A stretch of 64,000 nucleotides of DNA from Actinomycetota bacterium (GTDB taxonomy: Bacteria > Actinomycetota > Acidimicrobiia > Acidimicrobiales > Ilumatobacteraceae), in the NCBI GenBank assembly GCA_026393535.1, contig JAPKZY010000107.1, positions 781-64,780 on the forward strand, given 5' to 3'. The position numbers and the translations under genes are program-made. Position 1 is the stretch's first letter; each line of letters opens with the position of its first letter. The notes below the pieces were generated by a model. The model searched no databases. It saw only the letters and a program-made list of their open reading frames with translations, and had not been told where the DNA came from. Shown piece by piece: positions 1 through 7,905 of the stretch.

Positions 1-108
1 CTTGGAGTCTTCATCAAAGATTGTGGAACCGTGTGATGTCGCAAAGACCACGGGCCAGCGGCGACAGTAATAACGGACATTTGATTCGAGTTGTTCGAAG
101 GTATTCAT
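1..108 (-). CDS. Diaminobutyrate--2-oxoglutarate transaminase-like (EctB/DABA-AT family) aminotransferase, N-terminal fragment; the gene runs off the window edge
   Basis: Absent from the ORF track because it is short and open at the edge. The reverse strand from ATG at 108 reads MNTFEQLESNVRYYCRRWPVVFATSHGSTIFDEDSK. This resembles the conserved EctB-type N-terminus (LES.VR.Y.R.FPVVF...G..l.DE). A GAGAGGA Shine-Dalgarno sits 6 nt upstream of the ATG. Confidence 0.5.
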   Translation of the reverse strand, partial: MNTFEQLESNVRYYCRRWPVVFATSHGSTIFDEDSK

Positions 109-203
109 GGAAAATCCTCTCGGTTGTGTTGTGAACTGGTATCACCCTTTCGGGGTCGTTGTAGAAACGGAAAGATAACTCTAGAACACGCGAGAGGTGT
201 TTG

Positions 204-629
204 CTACTTCATTCGCTCTAAAGCTTCACCCATTTGTCTGTGAACGGCATTAATGGCTTGTAGTGGGCGCATCATGACTCGAAACTCAACGATTTTTCCT
301 TGGTCGTTGCACGTAATGATGTCAACACCATTGGCATATTTGCCTTCGATAGTGGTCTCAAACTCCAACACTGCGGTGTATCCATCGAGCACTTCTTTGG
401 TGTATCGAAACTTCTGTGAGTCGTCTTTCGTTTCACCAGAGTTTGATTTCTCGCCAGGAAGGGTTTGTCCGGCAGCCATGAGATACATCTTCGTGATCTC
501 TTTGCCCACTTGCGGGGTGAAGACAATGGGGGAGAAAAAGACACAATTATCGTCGAGCAAGATGTCGAGGCCGTTCTTCAGTTCCCCGCGCATGTGTGCG
601 TGCCATTGTTCAATTACTGCGTGAATCAT
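204..629 (-). CDS. SnoaL-like / NTF2-fold family protein
   Basis: Only the last 141 aa of the 368-aa track ORF are credible (MIHAVIEQWHAHMRGELKNGLDILLDDNCVFFSP...GVDIITCNDQGKIVEFRVMMRPLQA), a pattern typical of NTF2/SnoaL_2 proteins. The ATG at 629 was verified in the sequence. The upstream part of the ORF is antisense to the exonuclease gene. Confidence 0.6.
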   Translation of the reverse strand: MIHAVIEQWHAHMRGELKNGLDILLDDNCVFFSPIVFTPQVGKEITKMYLMAAGQTLPGEKSNSGETKDDSQKFRYTKEVLDGYTAVLEFETTIEGKYANGVDIITCNDQGKIVEFRVMMRPLQAINAVHRQMGEALERMK

Positions 630-665
630 GTTTGTCCCCTTGTGAAGTTGAACCAATCGTAGTGA

Positions 666-2294
666 ATGGAGGTGAAGCACCTGTCGTTTACAGTGATTGA
701 GGTGAAGAAGTCCTGGTCGTTTACCTCTGAGAGCACATTGCTCTCCCAGGTCACATTCTGTGTGGTCGACCTTGAAACCACTGGTAGTTCCAGCTCCGTG
801 GGTGGTATCACGGAAATTGGTGCAGTGAAGTACCGAGGGGGCGAGGAAGTGTCGCGGTTCAGTACTCTCATCAACCCGGGACAGCCGATTCCGGCGAACA
901 TTGTCATGTTGACTGGTATCTCGTCGTCCATGGTCGCTGATGCCCCTCGTGTTGAAGAGGTGCTCGACATATTTCTTGATTTCGTGCAGGGCACCGTGTT
1001 GGTGGCGCACAATGCTCGATTCGATGTGGGCTTTTTGAACGCAGCGCTTGAGCGTCATGGGTATGACCCGTTGTCGAATGCAGTTGTCGATACGGTCACA
1101 TTGGCGCGTCGCCTTGTACGTAGCGAAGTGCCGAACTGCAAGCTTTCTACGTTGGCTGCACATTTCAATTTCCCCCATCAACCCATTCACCGCGCGATGG
1201 ATGATGTGTTGGCAACAGGAGACTTGTTGCACTACCTCATTGAACGCGCCGCTGCATTTGGCGTTTTCGATATTGAAGATTTGGTTGCATTGCCTTCCAT
1301 TGGCTCTCACCCTGAATCGCGAAAACTGAAGATGACAGAAGATCTTCCGCGCGGACCAGGGGTGTACTTGTTTCTTGATCTCGCAGGTGAAGTGTTGTAT
1401 GTGGGGAAAGCAACCAATGTGCGAGCACGCGTGCGTAGTTATTTTAGTATTGGTGAATCACGCAAAAAAGTTGGGTCACTGCTGAAGTTGGTGCACAGTA
1501 TCCAGTGCATTGAGACCCCAGACCCTGTCACTGCCGAAGTGTTTGAATTGCGTATCATTCGGCGGTTACGACCTCGATACAACTACGCCGGAACGCGCAG
1601 TGAAAAGTATTGCTATGTTCGCTTCACAACAGAAGAAGAATGGCCACGTCTTGTTGTCACAAAGACAGCATCGTCCAAGGGAATCACTCTTGGTCCGATA
1701 CGGACAAGAGGCATGGCGCGCGATGTTGTTGACGCTATTGAGTCCGTGGTTGCGCTACGTCGGTGCACCGTGCGCATGGGCCGTAATTATGTTGCACCCA
1801 ACGACGCGCCCGTATGTTCTGCCGCTCGCTTGGGGTTGGCTGAGTGCCCATGTTCTGGCTCTGCCGATGCCAGTGCGTACGGCGCCATTGTTGACACTGT
1901 TGCGCGCACGCTGAATGGAGATGCCGAAGAAGTGGTTGATCTCCTCACCAAACGAATGAATGTGCATTCCCAGAATCAGCGATTTGAAGAAGCCGCTTTT
2001 GTTCGGGATCGCATCGATGCGCTCGGTACGGTTCTGCATCGCCAATCGCAGGCCAACGCATTACGTGATGGCGGGCTTCAAGACATCACACATGAGGGCA
2101 TTACCTACCGCATCGACCAGGGAGTCTTGATGGAGACTTTGAGTAGCGGGGAAGTCTGTACTGCGGTCACACTGGCACTGCCTACGACACTTGAACATTT
2201 GCGAGCCGTATTACAGGTACCGGTGGATGAGTCGCCCACAGATGTGCTTGATGAAGTGATGTGCATGGCGCGGCTCGTGTCTTCGTTAGGCTGA
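666..2294 (+). CDS. DEDDh 3'-5' exonuclease (DnaQ/epsilon-like) fused to a GIY-YIG (UvrC N-terminal-like) nuclease domain
   Basis: Exo motifs are VVDLETTG, VAHNARFDVGFL and HRAMDDVLAT. They are followed by a GIY-YIG core, GPGVYLFLDLAGEVLYVGKATNVRARVRSYF...PRYN. The exact start is uncertain. Confidence 0.75.
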   Translation: MEVKHLSFTVIEVKKSWSFTSESTLLSQVTFCVVDLETTGSSSSVGGITEIGAVKYRGGEEVSRFSTLINPGQPIPANIVMLTGISSSMVADAPRVEEVLDIFLDFVQGTVLVAHNARFDVGFLNAALERHGYDPLSNAVVDTVTLARRLVRSEVPNCKLSTLAAHFNFPHQPIHRAMDDVLATGDLLHYLIERAAAFGVFDIEDLVALPSIGSHPESRKLKMTEDLPRGPGVYLFLDLAGEVLYVGKATNVRARVRSYFSIGESRKKVGSLLKLVHSIQCIETPDPVTAEVFELRIIRRLRPRYNYAGTRSEKYCYVRFTTEEEWPRLVVTKTASSKGITLGPIRTRGMARDVVDAIESVVALRRCTVRMGRNYVAPNDAPVCSAARLGLAECPCSGSADASAYGAIVDTVARTLNGDAEEVVDLLTKRMNVHSQNQRFEEAAFVRDRIDALGTVLHRQSQANALRDGGLQDITHEGITYRIDQGVLMETLSSGEVCTAVTLALPTTLEHLRAVLQVPVDESPTDVLDEVMCMARLVSSLG

Positions 2295-2298
2295 TTGC

Positions 2299-2832
2299 AT
2301 GAAGTGGAGATTCGCCGCAGTCGCGATTGCAGTTCTTGGCCTATCAGCTTGTGGTGCAGATCCTTCGTCTAATACTGCAGTCGTGGCCACAGTAGCTACT
2401 TCTCCGCAGGGCACTGATTCTCAGCCGGCCGGGAACATTAATAATTTTGTTGCAAAGACAATAAGCGGTGAAACGTTCGAGTTATCGAACGCACTTGCGC
2501 AAAAGCCTGTGGTGTTGTGGTTCTGGGCGCCTGGTTGAGGCACTTGCAATGCTGAAGCCTCCTCGGTCGAGGAGACATGGAAAAAATTTGCAGAGTCGGT
2601 CACTGTTGTGGGCGTGGCATGGGCCGGCGACCAGTCGTCGTACCAGTCCTTTGTTGAACGCCACGGGTTGACATTTGCCAACCTAGATGACACGCCCGGT
2701 GAGATTTATTCCAAATATAAAGTTCCATATCAGCCTGCGTGGGTTTTTATAGCCAGAGACGGAACCGCCACCACACGCATTGGGGTGATCGGCGATTCTG
2801 AGTTATCGCAGTTAATTCAAAAAATGAATTAA
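2299..2832 (+). CDS. MPT53/DsbE/TlpA-like thiol:disulfide oxidoreductase lipoprotein, with an in-frame TGA at 2536-2538 read as candidate selenocysteine (UxxC)
   Basis: Track ORFs 2299..2538 and 2608..2832 are in the same frame and separated only by one TGA. The joined protein reads ...KPVVLWFWAPG-U-GTCNAEASSVEETWKKFAESVTVVGVAWAGDQSSYQSFVERHGLTFANLDDTPGEIYSKYKVPYQPAWVFIARDGT. This parallels the redoxin pattern WFW.PWC..CNAEAP...FV...NL.F.NL.D.DG.I...Y.VP.QPA.VF. The N-terminus carries a signal peptide with lipobox LSAC. Confidence 0.6.
2559..2574 (+). promoter_or_regulatory. SECIS-like hairpin downstream of the in-frame TGA
   Basis: CTCCTC (2559-2564) pairs perfectly with GAGGAG (2569-2574) around a GGTC loop (2565-2568). 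The loop begins 26 nt after the TGA. A possible lower stem pairs TGCAA (2545-2549) with TTGCA (2588-2592). Confidence 0.45.
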
Positions 2833-2853
2833 CCAATGAATTGACTATGGGTC

Positions 2854-4281
2854 TTAGAGTTGTAGGCTCTTGATCTCGAGGAATTCTTCAAAACCATGTT
2901 CACCGAGTTCGCGGCCAATACCTGATTGCTTGTAGCCACCGAATGGAGCGTTGGGGTTAAAAGCTCCGCCGTTAACTGTGACTTGGCCAGTACGGATGCG
3001 ACGTGCGATTGCGATTCCAGTTTCCTTGTCGGCGGCGAATACCGCACCAGCAAGGCCGTATGGAGAATCGTTTGCAATTTCCACTGCGTCATCGATGCCG
3101 TCGTAAGGAATAAGAACAAGAACAGGTCCGAAGATTTCTTCTTGGGCGATAGTCATCTTGTTGTTGACTTCAGAAAAGACGGTTGGCTTCACGTAGTAAC
3201 CCTTATCGAGACCTTCAGGAGCTCCAGGGCCGCCGGCAATGAGCTTTGCGCCTTCTTCGATTCCCTTGTTGATGTAACCGATTACGCGGTCACGCTGTGC
3301 TGCAGAAGCAAGTGGTCCAACGTTTGTACCTTCAGCAAATGGGTCTCCGACCTTCACGCCATTTGCAACTGATGCAGCAAGGCCTTCGGCTTCTGCAAGG
3401 CGTGAACGTGGCACGAGCATGCGGCTAAGAAGTGAACATGTTTGACCACTGTTAAGGAATGCTTGTCCAGTTCCACCCATGATTGCTTTTGCAAATGTTG
3501 CGTCATCAAGGCCTTCACCAATGATGTTGGCGCTTTTACCGCCAAGTTCAAGTGCAACTTTCTTGACAGTCTCTGAACCTGTTTGCATTACAAGCTTGCC
3601 GGCACGCGTTGAACCCGTGAACGAAATCATGTCGATGTCTGGGCTTGCAGAAATTGCTTCACCGACAACGGGGCCAGTTCCGGTGACGAGGTTGAAAACG
3701 CCTGCAGGAAGTTTTGCTTCGTGAATGATTTCAGCAAGCATGAAGGCATCAATTGGTGCAATTTCGCTTGGCTTCAATACGACGGTGCAACCTGAGGCCA
3801 TCGCGAATGCAACTTTCGCTGCGATTTGGTGCAATGGGTAGTTCCACGGAGTGATGCATCCGACAACGCCGATTGGCTCGCGAACGATTAATGAACTTCC
3901 GACTTCTTTTTCGAATTCAAATGATTCTGCAAGAGCAGCAGCTTGCTTGAACGAGTTGATGGGGAGTCCCACTTGAATCATGTTCGACAATGCTTTTGCC
4001 ATTCCGGTCTCGCGTGAAATCGCAGATGAAATTTCGTCCATGCGAGCAACGAGTGCATCACCAATTGCGTTCAGGTACTTGGCGCGGTCAGCCTTTGGTA
4101 ATGAGCTCCACGAGATGAAGGCGGCCTTTGCGGCTGCTGCAGCTTTCGTGACGTCTGAGGCGGTTCCCTCTGGAATGGTCGCCATGACCTCTTCGTTGGT
4201 TGAGTCAAAAACAGAAATTGTCTTTGAACCTTCAGAAGCGACCCATTGGCCATTGATATAGATCTTGTCGTAATTCTTCAT
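2854..4281 (-). CDS. NAD(P)+-dependent aldehyde dehydrogenase
   Basis: ALDH motifs are [35 protein letters not shown] (catalytic Cys) and EEIFGPVL. The full length is 475 aa. Confidence 0.9.
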   Translation of the reverse strand: MKNYDKIYINGQWVASEGSKTISVFDSTNEEVMATIPEGTASDVTKAAAAAKAAFISWSSLPKADRAKYLNAIGDALVARMDEISSAISRETGMAKALSNMIQVGLPINSFKQAAALAESFEFEKEVGSSLIVREPIGVVGCITPWNYPLHQIAAKVAFAMASGCTVVLKPSEIAPIDAFMLAEIIHEAKLPAGVFNLVTGTGPVVGEAISASPDIDMISFTGSTRAGKLVMQTGSETVKKVALELGGKSANIIGEGLDDATFAKAIMGGTGQAFLNSGQTCSLLSRMLVPRSRLAEAEGLAASVANGVKVGDPFAEGTNVGPLASAAQRDRVIGYINKGIEEGAKLIAGGPGAPEGLDKGYYVKPTVFSEVNNKMTIAQEEIFGPVLVLIPYDGIDDAVEIANDSPYGLAGAVFAADKETGIAIARRIRTGQVTVNGGAFNPNAPFGGYKQSGIGRELGEHGFEEFLEIKSLQL

Positions 4282-4358
4282 GGTGCATACCCCTTAGTGA
4301 TGCCACGCTGTGTGGCTGATGCCTAGACGCTAGGGGGAACTGGGCCAAATGGGAAATA

Positions 4359-5060
4359 GTGGAGAGGTCGATCAGCGCACAATCAGCTGAAGCTGGCGAG
4401 GTCATCTTCGCGATGGCAAATTACGGCACGTTGCCACACGAATTTCTGGTGACAAAGACTTCCTACGACCCAGGCAAGATCCCCTTGGGATCTGACCTTC
4501 GATTTAACGAGGAAGACAAGGGCCTCTCGGTAGTCGATGAGATTCCTGAATGGGCAGTAAACGAGTCAAAGGTTCTGAAGGTCACCCTTGAAGCGGGAAC
4601 GTATGAGTTGCTGTGCAACATTGAAGGTCATTATGGAAACGGCATGCACACCAGTTTCACTGTTGTTCCCGCAAAAGTGAAGATCAGTGAGACAACTGTT
4701 CCCCCGGCAACAGTTGTCAGTAATGATATTTCAGGCAGCGTGAAAGAATGGGCAGTTGCTGTGAACGCCTCTGAAGCGAAAGCGGGTGACGTGACATTTA
4801 CGATCAAGAACGAGGGCTCAATCCCTCACGAGTTCATTATTGTGAAAACCGATTTCGCACCGGGCAAGATTCCGTTGGGTCCTGATAATCGTTTTGATGA
4901 AGAAGGTAAAGGGGTGTTCGTTCCAGGAGAGATTTCTGAGTGGAATCCTGGGACTACCGGAACTGTCACGCTGAAATTGGAACCTGGCAATTATCAGTTG
5001 TTGTGCAATATTGCTGGTCACTACGCCAATGGGATGTACACGCAACTCACCGTGTCATAA
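4359..5060 (+). CDS. Tandem-duplicated cupredoxin-like (type-1 copper site) protein with no recognisable signal peptide
   Basis: Two homologous halves each carry the ligand pattern PHEF...LLCNI(E/A)GHY(G/A)NGM (His, Cys, His, Met). The start is a GTG at 4359 immediately after an in-frame TAG. The first half lacks the leading strand present in the second half. Confidence 0.6.
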   Translation: MERSISAQSAEAGEVIFAMANYGTLPHEFLVTKTSYDPGKIPLGSDLRFNEEDKGLSVVDEIPEWAVNESKVLKVTLEAGTYELLCNIEGHYGNGMHTSFTVVPAKVKISETTVPPATVVSNDISGSVKEWAVAVNASEAKAGDVTFTIKNEGSIPHEFIIVKTDFAPGKIPLGPDNRFDEEGKGVFVPGEISEWNPGTTGTVTLKLEPGNYQLLCNIAGHYANGMYTQLTVS

Positions 5061-5067
5061 TCGGGGA

Positions 5068-5895
5068 ATGAAGTCTCATCCGTGGAATAGTTCGTTCGTG
5101 TGGGAAAGCCACACGGCACAGAGTGGGGCAGTGACACAGGCTCAAATTGATCAATTCGATGAGTTGGGTTTCTTTGTTCTGAACGACATATATAACTCTG
5201 AAGAGTTAGCTGAATTGACACGCATTACCGATGAATCAGAGGACGAAGCAATTGCCGAGCTGAAAAAGCAAGCTGATGAACGTTTTCTTATTTCGGAAAA
5301 CGGTGCAATAACTTTTGCTGCCCAGATCGTGCGACAAAAACCAGAGATTCGTCCATTCGTACGGAATGCAAAAATTCTTGGCGTCTGTGCTGACCTGATT
5401 GGTCCAAACGTGCGGATGTATCACGATCAAGCTGTGTACAAAATGACTGAAAAGCCGCGTCGGTTTCCGTGGCACCAAGACAATGGCTATTTATATGTTG
5501 AGCCACAGCATTACCTCACATGCTGGATAGCGCTGACTGATGCCACCATTCAGAACGGTTGCCCACAAGTGGTACCTGGTCTTCATAAAGACGGGACCCT
5601 TGCTCACTATTACGTCGACACTCTTGGTTTTGAATGTTTTGAAGAACCTCCAACAGCACCTGTCATTGCAGAAGTGAAAGCAGGGGGAGCAGTGTTCTTT
5701 TCTTCGTTGACGCCGCATCTCACTGGCCCGAACTTCACGGATAGCACACGAAAGGCATACATCGTGCAGTATGCAGCGTCAGATGCTCGGGTGCTGGAAG
5801 GAAACGCTGATGCTGGTGCCGCTACCGGTTCTCATGGCATCGACGGTGAACCGCGTGGAATCGCTGTGCTGGAAAATGGTGTGCCGGTCGCCTAG
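5068..5895 (+). CDS. Phytanoyl-CoA dioxygenase (PhyH) family Fe(II)/2-oxoglutarate oxygenase
   Basis: FPWHQDNGY (HxD) and WIALTDATIQNGCPQVVPGLHKDG are typical of the PhyH family. The internal ATG at 5068 was chosen because the track start at 5011 overlaps the cupredoxin gene. Confidence 0.8.
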   Translation: MKSHPWNSSFVWESHTAQSGAVTQAQIDQFDELGFFVLNDIYNSEELAELTRITDESEDEAIAELKKQADERFLISENGAITFAAQIVRQKPEIRPFVRNAKILGVCADLIGPNVRMYHDQAVYKMTEKPRRFPWHQDNGYLYVEPQHYLTCWIALTDATIQNGCPQVVPGLHKDGTLAHYYVDTLGFECFEEPPTAPVIAEVKAGGAVFFSSLTPHLTGPNFTDSTRKAYIVQYAASDARVLEGNADAGAATGSHGIDGEPRGIAVLENGVPVA

Positions 5896-7484
5896 ACCAG
5901 AACGAATCCCTCGTAGCCGTTAGCGGCAACTTCGGTGCACTTATCTGCATAGGTGGGGAAACCGAGTAACGGCATAAAGACGCGGGGCTTACCCGGAACG
6001 TTTGCGCCTAGGTACCAACTGTTGCACGACGGATACAGCGTCATGTCGGCAACAGCATTGACGAATGCCACCCATTCGGTTTGTTCCTTATCGGTGGTCT
6101 CAATAGTGGTCTTGCCAGAAGAGACAATGTGCGAGATGCAATCAGAGATCCACTCAACATGCTGCTCAATAGACATCATCATGTTGGTCAACACTGATGG
6201 GCTTCCAGGGCCAGACACCATGAACATGTTTGGAAAGCCAGCGGTACTGAGACCGAGGTACGTGACTGGGCCAGCGTCCCACGCTTCAGCAAGTGGTTGG
6301 TTGTTGCGGCCTCGAATATCAATCTTCAGAAGCGAACCGGTCATTGCGTCAAAACCTGTTGCGTACACCAGCACATCAAATGTGTGTTGATCTCCGCCAG
6401 CGACAAGCCCGTGTTCTGTGATGCGTTCAATTGGGTCAGAACCAACATCAACGAGTGACACGTTGGAGCGGTTAAAGGTCTCGTAGTAACCAGAATCAAG
6501 ACACAGGCGCTTGCAGCCGATGACCTGAGTCGGAAGGAGCTTCTTTGCAGTGTCGGGATCTTTGATGATTGAGTAAATCTTTTCGCGCACAAATTCGGCA
6601 ACGGTTTCATTGGCGTCATGGTTGAGAAGAAAGTCGTTGTAGGAGGACAAGAAAGCAAAGCCGCCTTCTTCCCATCGCAGTTCAAATTCCTGACGTCGTT
6701 CTGCCTCAGAGACTTCCAATGCAGCTTGTTCGCCTCGACGAATGTTCGAACCGAATGCACCCATTTGTTGTCGGTTAAGATCACGGAATTCGTTGTAGTT
6801 AGCCTTTACTTCCTTGACATATTCCTTGTCGATGGTGTCATTGCGAGCAGGAATTGAATAGGTGGCAGTGCGTTGAAACACGGTGAGGTGTTTTGATTGT
6901 TCAGCAATAATAGGAATGCTCTGGATGGCAGAAGATCCGGTGCCGATGAGTCCGACAGTTTTGCCGGTGAAGTCAACACCATCGTGTGGCCATTCGCCCG
7001 TGTGATACGTAGGGCCGGTAAATGAATCCGCGCCAATAAAATGAGGCACGTTCGTTGAAGACAAACAGCCAGTAGCGAACACAACGAATCGTGCAGTGAC
7101 AACATCATCTTTGTCTGTTGTGACTCGCCAATTGTTTGACTTCTCATTGAAGATGGCAGACGTCACGCGCGTTGAGAATTGGATATCGCGACGCAGGTCA
7201 AAACGGTCAGCAACGTGTTGTGCGTAGGTAAGAATTTCAGGCTGACCTGCGTATCGCTGGTTCCACTCCCACTCTTGTTGGAGGTCGTTGTCAAAGCTGT
7301 ACGAGTACTCGACACTTTCAATGTCGCAACGTGCGCCTGGGTATCTATTCCAATACCACGTGCCACCCACATCTGTGCCTGCTTCAAAGACTTGAACTGA
7401 CAGATTGGCAGCGCGTGCGCGATGCACCATATACATGCCAGCAAAACCAGCGCCGACTACGGCGATATCAACTGCACGTTCCAT
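5892..7484 (-). CDS. Baeyer-Villiger (type I flavin-dependent) monooxygenase
   Basis: It has the FAD motif VVGAGFAGM, the BVMO fingerprint FTGPTYHTGEWP (FxGxxxHxxxWP) and a second Rossmann motif, GLIGTGSSAIQ. The ATG at 7484 is preceded by AAGGGGGGA; the track start at 7508 is a TTG. Confidence 0.85.
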   Translation of the reverse strand: MERAVDIAVVGAGFAGMYMVHRARAANLSVQVFEAGTDVGGTWYWNRYPGARCDIESVEYSYSFDNDLQQEWEWNQRYAGQPEILTYAQHVADRFDLRRDIQFSTRVTSAIFNEKSNNWRVTTDKDDVVTARFVVFATGCLSSTNVPHFIGADSFTGPTYHTGEWPHDGVDFTGKTVGLIGTGSSAIQSIPIIAEQSKHLTVFQRTATYSIPARNDTIDKEYVKEVKANYNEFRDLNRQQMGAFGSNIRRGEQAALEVSEAERRQEFELRWEEGGFAFLSSYNDFLLNHDANETVAEFVREKIYSIIKDPDTAKKLLPTQVIGCKRLCLDSGYYETFNRSNVSLVDVGSDPIERITEHGLVAGGDQHTFDVLVYATGFDAMTGSLLKIDIRGRNNQPLAEAWDAGPVTYLGLSTAGFPNMFMVSGPGSPSVLTNMMMSIEQHVEWISDCISHIVSSGKTTIETTDKEQTEWVAFVNAVADMTLYPSCNSWYLGANVPGKPRVFMPLLGFPTYADKCTEVAANGYEGFVLV

Positions 7485-7534
7485 GGTTCCCCCCTTGGTG
7501 TTCGACAAACGAAACCTTAGTGGGGGCAGAAGGT

Positions 7535-7565
7535 GAGTGGTCTAGTGGATGAGACCAGACCACTC
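7535..7565 (-). terminator. Stem-loop downstream of the extended helicase tail reading frame
   Basis: GAGTGGTCT (7535-7543) pairs perfectly with AGACCACTC (7557-7565). An alternative inner pairing, TGGTCT/AGACCA, is also possible. There is no clear U-tract, so this is only terminator-like. Confidence 0.35.
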
Positions 7566-7574
7566 AGATCTGAA

Positions 7575-7905
7575 TTAGTAGCTGCGCGCTGGGCGTGAGC
7601 TGCTTGAGCGCTCACCGCGAGGTCCGCCTGGGCGTCCTCCACGTGAGTCAGGACGAGGTCCGCGAGGTGAATCACTGCGTGGGCCACGATCACGGAAATC
7701 ACGGTCGCCACGAGGTGCGTCACTGCGAGGAGCGCGGTCTTCGCGTGGACGGTCGTCGCGTGGACGATCATCACGAGGACGATCATCACGAGGGGCACGG
7801 TCTTCACGAGGACGGTCGTCGCGTGGACGATCATCACGAGGGCCACGGTCATCACGACGATCGCGTCCGCCGCCGTAGCCGCCTCCGCCACCGTATGACA
7901 CCTGA
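7575..7905 (-). CDS. Probable C-terminal RG/RD-rich extension of the DEAD-box helicase, encoded in the +1 frame relative to the helicase core
   Basis: Track ORF 7575..8093 reads ...SYGGGGGYGGGRDRRDDRGPRDDRPRDDRPREDRAPRDDRPRDDRPRDDRPREDRAPRSDAPRGDRDFRDRGPR.... This continues the theme of the helicase-frame tail ...RRGGGGGRNGGGGRDRDRSRSG. Without it about 340 nt would be non-coding in an otherwise tightly packed region. Confidence 0.4.
7690..7860. repeat. Intragenic tandem repeat of about 15 nt (pentapeptide PRDDR-like), including a longer internal duplication
   Basis: Units such as tcgcgtggacggtcg, tcgcgtggacgatca and tcacgaggacgatca recur. The block ggtcttc(g/a)cg(t/a)ggacggtcgtcgcgtggacgatcatcacgagg occurs twice, near 7737 and near 7799. 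Confidence 0.6.

Noticed and set aside
204-1310. A 368-aa minus-strand ORF spanning the start of the window's first large gene
   Set aside because: Only the C-terminal 141 aa (204..629) look like a real NTF2/SnoaL-like protein. The upstream 227 codons are antisense to the well-supported exonuclease/GIY-YIG gene and have an odd Arg/His/Cys-rich composition.
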